From NCBI GenBank assembly GCA_045586285.1, contig JAZNAB010000164.1, positions 1-28,672 of the forward strand: a stretch of DNA of 28,672 nt. Reading direction: 5' to 3'. The translations under genes were made by a program, and so were the position numbers. This document shows, one piece after another, positions 27,499 to 28,672 of the stretch. The notes under the pieces were generated by a model. That model did not search any database and had not been told where the DNA came from. It was given only the letters and a program-made list of their open reading frames with translations. Each line of letters begins with the position of its first letter. Position 1 is the first letter of the stretch. The stretch is from Candidatus Flemingiibacterium sp. (GTDB lineage Bacteria > Bacillota > Clostridia > Oscillospirales > CAG-272).

Positions 27499-28382
27499 AC
27501 TTTTACGAAGCTCCATATTCTGCCGTAACTGTCGCAGGTACATTCAAACTCATTGCCGCCGTCTGTTATTTTAATCAGTGTATAACCGCAGATTTTTCCT
27601 GCAATTTCACAATCAAAGCTTTTGCTGCCGCTTCGGGTTTGACTGTAAAAGTTTTTTGCATTTTCAAGGGTTTCGGTTTCACTTGCAGTTACTTGCGGCT
27701 CTGATCCGACTCTTATATAAATAAATCTTTCCAGGCTTCCGTCATTTGCGGAAAATTCAAGGTGTACATTGTCCGCTTCGGCTACAAGTTTTCCGTTGTC
27801 ATCTAATAGAGGTTCAAGCTCCAAGCTGTTTTTGAATATTTTTTTGATTGTACTTTTTGCGAGTTTTATATTATAGCTTATGACCTCGTCTGGCACTTGT
27901 GCGGTTGTACTTTGTATTTGTTGTGGCTGCAGAAGCAGTTTATCGCATACTCCGTTTATGGTGCTTGATATAATTTTTGCGGCTTCTTCGGCGGTTTTAT
28001 AATCTGACGCATATAAAAGATAGAAGGTATCTTTTAGGGTTTTGAGAGTGTTTGAATTTGATGCGTATACATCTTTTTTATCGGAAAAGTATTTAAGGGG
28101 AGCTAAATCTGTGCCGGCGGGAAGTCCCGAAATGGCATCATAAAAATCCTCACGGGCATCATTTTGCTGTTTTTTTGAAATTGCCGACTCCCATTTGGAA
28201 AGAGCGGCGGCACACAGTGCTAAATTTTTACGGTAATCTGCTAATTCTTCGGTATGAAGCTTGTTTTCAAGGGCAGATGTTAAGACTGAAAAAATAAAAC
28301 AAGCAACTGTAAAAGCAATTAAAAAGGTATATAATATTCGTATATCAGTCAAATTTTTTTTGTTAGAACGGAAATTTCTCAT
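27489..28382 (-). CDS. Hypothetical membrane-anchored protein, possibly a divergent YpeB/PepSY-like germination protein
   Basis: Long ORF with a single N-terminal TM; start is ATG 28382 or upstream. YpeB resemblance is by eye only, so confidence in the product is much lower than in the gene. Confidence 0.55.
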   Translation of the reverse strand: MRNFRSNKKNLTDIRILYTFLIAFTVACFIFSVLTSALENKLHTEELADYRKNLALCAAALSKWESAISKKQQNDAREDFYDAISGLPAGTDLAPLKYFSDKKDVYASNSNTLKTLKDTFYLLYASDYKTAEEAAKIISSTINGVCDKLLLQPQQIQSTTAQVPDEVISYNIKLAKSTIKKIFKNSLELEPLLDDNGKLVAEADNVHLEFSANDGSLERFIYIRVGSEPQVTASETETLENAKNFYSQTRSGSKSFDCEIAGKICGYTLIKITDGGNEFECTCDSYGRIWSFVKVKR

Positions 28383-28498
28383 AAATAAACCATTCCTCTC
28401 TATCAAAGGATAGAAAAATTGTTTTTCAACTTTTTATTTGGTTTAATTATTATAGCCTATTTTAGTTGAAAAATGTAAAGATAAAAGGATTTTTGAAT

Positions 28499-28672
28499 AT
28501 GTCTACATATAAAAAAAATATAAATATTGTTCTCGTCGAGCCAGAAATACCTCAGAACACAGGTAATATTGCAAGAACCTGTGCAGCAACAGGAGCAAGG
28601 CTGCATATTGTAAAGCCAATGGGTTTTGAAATTGACGACAGAAAATTAAAAAGAGCCGGTCTTGATTACTGG
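28499..28672 (+). CDS. trmL: tRNA (cytidine/uridine(34)-2'-O)-methyltransferase TrmL (runs off the window edge; not in the ORF track)
   Basis: Manual translation [58 protein letters not shown]. Confidence 0.96.
   Translation, partial: MSTYKKNINIVLVEPEIPQNTGNIARTCAATGARLHIVKPMGFEIDDRKLKRAGLDYW

Noticed and set aside
1-28672. CRISPR array, IS element, integrase or att duplication
   Set aside because: No regularly spaced repeats, transposase/integrase motifs or second copy of the tRNA 3' end found by eye; a computational repeat scan would be more sensitive

Overview
A mostly housekeeping, AT-rich chromosomal window, probably from a Clostridia (Oscillospiraceae-like) anaerobe. The taxonomy is inferred from sigma-A promoters, TTG-started rpsT, clostridial-type NrdD and tRNA-Glu(CTC). 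Left to right: a GldA/GldF-like ABC exporter (partial); an rbfA-nrnA-truB-pgeF operon detached from infB; a YbhJ-type aconitase-family hydratase, M3 oligopeptidase and amidohydrolase; a separately promoted three-gene module (TerB-N/TerB-C protein, DUF2791/BrxD-like ATPase, Lhr/BrxHI-like helicase); a small membrane protein; a TIM-barrel protein; nrdD with two NrdR boxes and no adjacent nrdG; and tRNA-Glu(CTC). A transport/ion-homeostasis block follows: AbrB-like regulator with ABC exporter, ktrB/ktrA, a doubly broken ArsB/SLC13-type permease pseudogene, an ArsR regulator divergent from an HMA protein and P1B ATPase. The window ends with rpsT (structured leader), a possible YpeB-like protein and partial trmL. 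No CRISPR array, integrase or transposase was seen. The best candidate for an uncharacterised system is the stand-alone TerB-N/C + BrxD-like ATPase + Lhr helicase triad. The rpsT leader is the best non-coding candidate. All family assignments come from recognising motifs by eye; no database searches were run.
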